In this document: positions 19,758 through 24,578 of the stretch, piece after piece | Layout of the letters: every line of letters begins with the position of its first letter | Numbering within the stretch: the stretch's first letter is position 1 | Assembly (NCBI RefSeq): GCF_006345805.1 | Contig: NW_021836402.1 | Span: 1-24,578 of the forward strand | Direction of reading: 5' to 3' | DNA: 24,578 nucleotides | Origin: Octopus sinensis | Lineage: Eukaryota | Notes under the pieces: model-generated | The model's input: only the letters and a program-made list of their open reading frames with translations | The model's database searches: none | Told to the model about the DNA's origin: nothing | Translations under genes and position numbers: made by a program

Positions 19758-19982
19758 TATATGTCTATGTATATGTTTGTGTGTCTGTGTTTGTCCTTCC
19801 AACATCGCATGACAACCGATGCTGGTGTGTTTACGTCTCCGTCACTTAGCGGTTCGGCTAGAGGGCCCGCAAGAATAAGTACTACGTTTACAAAGAATAA
19901 GTCGTGGGTCGATTTGCTCGACTAAAAGGTGGTGCTCCAGCATGGCCGCAGTCAAATGACTGAAACAAAAGAATAAAAGAAT
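19552..19982 (+). mobile_element. Full-length tRNA-derived SINE with internal (TA)n
   Basis: Head gtggctctttggtaagg (A box) and ggtttagtctc (degenerate B box); body; tail ggtgctccagcatggccgcagtcaaatgactgaaacaaaagaataaaagaat. Confidence 0.85.
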
Positions 19983-20111
19983 GCATGCATACATACAATG
20001 TATATTTGTGTATACATAATACATACACACGCATATATATATATATACTCACACCAAAATAAGCGACAATATATATATATCTATTCTTTTATTTGTTTCA
20101 GTCGTTTCACT

Positions 20112-21640
20112 GTAGCTATGTCGTTCGACATAGGCCCACGGGTCGGAAATGGCTGTACACTGTACGAGTTCGTGCAGAACAGTTTCGTCGCTCTGACCGC
20201 ATCTCGGGCAGGTCGGCCCCATGTTTCTCGAGTCGTGTCTGTAGAGCTTATCCCGAACGGGTAACGCTTCTCCATAGCACTGCCAGGTCAGGGATCTCTG
20301 GAAGTTGTCCATAGGTCCCGGCCCGAAAGTCGTCTTGAACAGGCGGATCAGGTATTCCTCATCGACGCCCATGTTTGCCCCGAGATCGTCATTGTACCTC
20401 CCCTCCACTAATTTCTTATAGAATGCTTGGGTTCATGGTCGAGGTCGACCCGGGACGGCATTGTTGCTTGAGAGCAACGCGACACTCACGGTGCCATTCG
20501 CCCTTCCTCGGCCTCTTTTTGATCCACGACTGCAGTTCGGTCATGGAGACGAGCTGCAGGAAAGCGCGCCTCACAAACGGCGACCACACCTGTTCACCGT
20601 CGTCTACGTAGAGCCGGAGATGTTGCAGTCTCAGCGCGTGTCTGCACATCATCAACCACGGCATGCCCTGCCCTCCTTTTAACGGGTGTTGACAGCAAAC
20701 GGATCGCCTGACAATAAATACGTTCTAGTTTGGTGATGGTAGGGTCGGGACAAGGCACGACGGTCAGGCGGTAGTAGATGACGGACGCGATGTGCGTGTT
20801 CGCCACCAGCGCCCAACCTTTTAGGAACAGCTTCCTCTCGGCCCATTGCCGGGCGAGAGTGACCACCCTACTCGTTATCTCGTTCCAGTTCTTCTCCGTT
20901 TGGACATCCGGACCAAACCAGACCCCGAGCATCTCGACCGGACCGTCGGTCCAGCGTCCCACGATGTAGTCGCTGGTGGACGACATGGGCTTGCCTCTCC
21001 AGGTGCCGAGCCATAAGCCCACTGACTTTTCCCGGTTGATTTTCGCTCCTGTTACCGCTTCGTAGTCTTTCAGTGTCTCGCCGACCAGCTCGATGTGTTT
21101 CTGGCTAGACAATATGACGGTGACGTCGTCAGCGTATGCAGACATGCACGTCCCAATTCTCGCGGGATGCCCCTCAGCGTTGCTAGCTCCTGCAGTAGTG
21201 GCTCGAGAGTCAATACGTATAGAAGCGACGAGAGGAGGCATCCCTGATGGACCGAACGTGCAATATCGAAAGGTCTCGATAGATGTCCATTTACGCGAAT
21301 CACCAAAACGGATACCTCTGTACAAAGCAGCTATCCAGCCGCGGAAGCCGGGACAGAAACCAGCCGCTATGAGGACAGCCTCCAAGTATCGATGGTCTAC
21401 CCTATCGAAAGCATTGGAGTGATCCAAGTTGATCAGGGCCCCTCCTATGCCAGGTTTCTTAACTGCTCTGTCTGTGATGCAGTGCATCCGATGAAGGTTG
21501 TCATGGGTGCTCTGGCTCGGCACGGCGCACGTTTGCGCCTTGTCGACCAGTTTCTCGATGACAAGCGCCAACCTCTTGGCTAACACCTTGGCCAAAATTT
21601 TCAAGTCTGCATTGAGCTGAGTGATGGGCCTAAAGATTAC
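20112..21640 (-). mobile_element. Tx1/L1-clade LINE fragment: reverse transcriptase plus C-terminal zinc finger, truncated at both ends
   Basis: RPITQLNADLKILAKVLAKRL, LDHSNAFDRVDH, SVHQGCLLSSLLY (alternative frame 21070-21306), AYADDV (YADD at 21125-21136), GAKINREKS, then ALPVRDKLYRH..TCPRCGQSDETVLHELVQC. Several frameshifts. Confidence 0.93.
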
Positions 21641-21649
21641 GTAATTCAA

Positions 21650-21921
21650 AATATAAATAATAACAAGCCATAAAACAGATTTTTATTTTTCATAACGAAA
21701 TATTTGAAAAGTTTCCTCCGAATTTTTGGAATTGCAAAGTCTTTGATCAGATCCTCAAAATTAATCTTAGGTAACACATTTGCATCTATACTTAGAAATA
21801 AAGGTATTCCAAATATTATTTTAGCAAATTTAAAGTGATTTCTTTTGTGCCGTAAACCATTTACCATTTTTGTGATGTCCTAAGCACGTGCTTATTGTAT
21901 TTAATGGTTAATCCAGCGCTG
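21650..21921 (-). mobile_element. hAT relic: one terminus and C-terminal dimerisation-domain remnant
   Basis: Minus strand 21795-21706 LSIDANVLPKINFEDLIKDFAIPKIRRKL resembles hAT C-termini (LSIE...I.F..LI..FA..K.RK). cagcgctggattaacc (21921-21906) is a CAG-type hAT end. Confidence 0.6.
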
Positions 21922-22007
21922 GTGGAAGTCATAGTTGTGCTGATTGAGTTGGAGTGTAGATTGGCAGGAGTAAGCATGAGAGAGAGAGAAAGAGAGTGTG
22001 TGTGTGT

Positions 22008-22050
<43 letters not shown>

Positions 22051-22463
22051 TGTGTGTGAGTGAAAGAGAGAGAGAGAAAGAGAGAGAGAGTGAGGAATGA
22101 GGAGAAACAATGAAGAGAAGATAGAGAAAGAAAGAGAGGTAAATGATAGAGAGGAGGAGAGAGTGAAATAAAGAAAAAGAAAGAAATGATGGTAAGAAAA
22201 AAGAAGAATATTACACTAATAAAAACATATATGTGAATTATGTTAAAGGTTATTATGACAATAAAATCTGAACATTTTTACCGCTTCAATTCTGATATCT
22301 TTGACAGACAATTATCAAATAGTGAAACATCAAAGTTAATGGAAATATTTCATACCGGAGAAGTTTAAAGATTTAAAAATTTCTTTCTTCTAAGTACTGA
22401 ACCAAAAGAAATTTTATATATATATGTGTGTGTGTGTGTATATAAGAGATAATGGTGTCAATA

Positions 22464-22588
22464 AGAGAGGCAGAAGATGGAAGATACAAGAATCTTTATT
22501 GATCACTACAATTGTTTTGACCCATCTAGCATCGAAACAATTGTAGTGATCAATAAAGATTCTCATATCTGCCATCTTTCATCTCTCT
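22464..22588. repeat. Fold-back hairpin: perfect 29-bp arms (22489-22517 / 22535-22563) with imperfect extension
   Basis: agaatctttattgatcactacaattgttt is the exact reverse complement of aaacaattgtagtgatcaataaagattct. Confidence 0.9.
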
Positions 22589-22802
22589 CATTAATCAAAT
22601 ACCAACTAAGCCATTGAATATGCTTTACTGGCAAACTACCATACAATTTTTAAAACTATTAATATATATATATACATATTTATATATTTGTATATATAGA
22701 TATTTAGTTATGGTATATTCTGTTAGGAACGTGGCAGAGTACAGTATAAAGCTCTTCAACCGTACTCCTTCTTGTTGACTCCAGTTTCTGTAATTATATA
22801 TA

Positions 22803-23342
22803 CAGGGTGTCCCAAAAAAATGTATACACTTGCTGCAACAGTCTGTCATGCCAAGCATTAGAGAGGACTTTGAACAGGAAGAGTTTTATTTCCAGCAAGA
22901 TGGGGCACCTCCACACTACCATCCACGATGTTAGATCCTTTCTTGATGGGATCTTTGCCAAAAACAGGTGGATTGGACGGAGAGGGTTTTGTCGAATACC
23001 CTCCACGTTCACAAGACGTCACACCACTAGACTTCTTTTTATGGGGATACCTAAAGGACCAAAGTCTACGCACAGAAACCTGCAACAGTCGTTCAATTGA
23101 GGGCAAACATTGAACATGACTGTACGAATATCCCAAGGGAATTGTTCCATGATGTGTGCCATTCCATCGCGTCGCGTTGTCAGCAGTGTCTGGAGCAGAA
23201 CGGACATCAGTTTGAGAAGATGCGATAACAAGACAATAGAATGATATTTGTAAATTCTTTTACATGTTGAAATTATTCGAATTATAATAAACCCCAAATT
23301 TACAATTATTTAAGGTGTGTATACATTTTTTTGGACACCCTG
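22803..23342 (+). mobile_element. Internally deleted Tc1/mariner element (DD41D/rosa-like) with both TIRs and TA TSD
   Basis: TA-CAGGGTGTCCCAAAAAAATGTATACAC ... GTGTATACATTTTTTTGGACACCCTG-TA. Internal [15 protein letters not shown]...RWIGRRGFVEYPPRSQDVTPLDFFLWGYLKD...CLEQNGHQFE, frameshifted. Confidence 0.9.
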
Positions 23343-23385
<43 letters not shown>

Positions 23386-23489
23386 TATATATATATATAA
23401 AATAATGATGTTACAATTACTCAATAGTCAAGATAAAACTCTGAGTTTCAGATGCCGAAGTGGAAATACACAACACCATATCTTCGGGT

Positions 23490-23716
23490 ATATGGGTATG
23501 AGTGTCTGTGTGTCGGTATTTGACTCCACACCGCCACTTGACAACCGGTGTTGGTATACTTACATTCCTGTAACTTAGCGGTCTGGCAAAAGACACCGAT
23601 AGAATAAGTACTATGCTTTAAAAAAATAAGTCCTAAGTCAATTTGTTCGACTAAAATCCTTCAAGGTGGTGCTGCAGCATGGCCACGGTCGAATGGCTGA
23701 AACAAATAAAAGAATA
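23490..23716 (+). mobile_element. tRNA-SINE 3' body without head, same family as 19552-19982
   Basis: gacaaccggtgttgg...gatagaataagtac...ggtggtgctgcagcatggcc..ctgaaacaaataaaagaata. Confidence 0.75.
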
Positions 23717-23974
23717 GAATATTAAACTCCCTTGTCGCCTCAACGAATGTGGGTTGAACAGGTCGCAACTGCAAAGTGCTCTCAATTCGATGTTTGCTGT
23801 GTCAATTCCTGTAGAAATTCAGATCAACCTGAAATTTGCAGATGTCGCAGGTGTTACAGTTGTGGTCTCTGTCATTTGATGGTAGAGTGGACTCCCAACT
23901 CTATGCTAGGCTCTTTTCTTCTTCTCGGAGGGCAAGCCAAGGGAAATTGTACTTGGGTTGAACCCTGAAGAAGC

Positions 23975-24260
23975 CAAGCAGCTGGTGCCGCTGACACGTA
24001 ACAGCACCCGTGCAGGTGGTGACACGTAAAAGGCATCTGCTACACTCGCAGAATGGTTGGCGTCAGGAAAAGCACCCATCTATAGAAACCAAGCCCAAAT
24101 CAGACTGGAACCTTGTACAACTCTCCAGTTTACCAATTCCAGTCAAACCGTCTAAGCCCATGCCAGCATGGAAAGCGGATACTTAATAATAATGATGATA
24201 ATGATGACGATTACAGTGATGATGATGATGATGATGATGACGGTAAGGAGGAAGATGATG
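23975..24260 (+). mobile_element. SINE-like repeat with RTE-type tail and (GAT)n end
   Basis: ggttggcgtcaggaaaagcacc...aaaccgtctaagcccatgccagcatggaaagcggatacttaa followed by (GAT)n; counterpart of 12386-12775. Confidence 0.65.
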
Positions 24261-24261
24261 A

Positions 24262-24578
24262 TCTTGGCTGTCTCAAAATTAGAGAAGGCTTGATAGCAAG
24301 AAATTCTCTCCTGAGTATTGTTGTGCTGCCATTCCCATAACTGCAGGATTGTCTTGCAGGTTTACAAGACCTTTAGTATGTCCTTGTATCAGAAAAAATG
24401 ATTGGCCTTGGTGCCTGCTGGTGGCCAAGCGAAGCTGATCACAAAAGAGAGCTTTAGGTAAGTGAGTGTCTTCCATGCATGCCGAGGGAGTGTCTGCCCA
24501 TGGTTGCTGAGCCTGCTAGAAAGAGCAGACACATATTCCTGAGATTACATTCCTCCTGTGTCTTAAATATAATCTGAC
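24262..24578 (-). mobile_element. Degenerate RTE (BovB-like) LINE C-terminal fragment running off the window end
   Basis: Minus strand CMEDTHLPKALFCDQLRLATSRHQGQSFF resembles RTE RMED.RLPKA.FYGEL..G.R..GRP. Confidence 0.6.

Noticed and set aside
20594-21649. 351-aa ORF as a functional reverse transcriptase or domesticated gene
   Set aside because: No genuine start, the QG motif lies in another frame (frameshift near 21300), and the element is truncated at both ends.

Overview
Eukaryotic, AT-rich intronic or intergenic DNA made almost entirely of microsatellites and transposable-element relics. The repeat mix looks like a coleoid cephalopod, probably Octopus: tRNA-headed SINEs with an internal (TA)/(TACA) tract, RTE/CR1/Dong/Tx1 LINE pieces, mariner and hAT relics, and very dense (ATG)n/(TATG)n/(CA)n. 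This is inferred from recalled repeat families, not from a search. No intact host gene, RNA gene or CRISPR array is supported, and most ORFs in the track are microsatellite translations. Recognisable elements: a 5'-truncated R4/Dong retroelement inside an (AAT)n tract (204-1440); a 10-copy 166-bp tandem array (2134-3788); a MITE with perfect 56-bp inverted arms; an apparently internally deleted RTE (putative 5' leader plus 3' end) whose leader has an HDV-ribozyme-like stem order; a mariner relic with an internal inversion; CR1, RTE and Tx1/L1 fragments; a hAT relic; and a DD41D-like Tc1/mariner deletion derivative. Best leads: the splice-acceptor/mini-exon signal in every 166-bp unit, the bipartite RTE and its candidate ribozyme, a degenerate hammerhead-like motif near 19.06 kb, and a divergent CTCF-like pair with GC boxes near 7.15 kb. 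All are hypotheses needing computation or RNA data.
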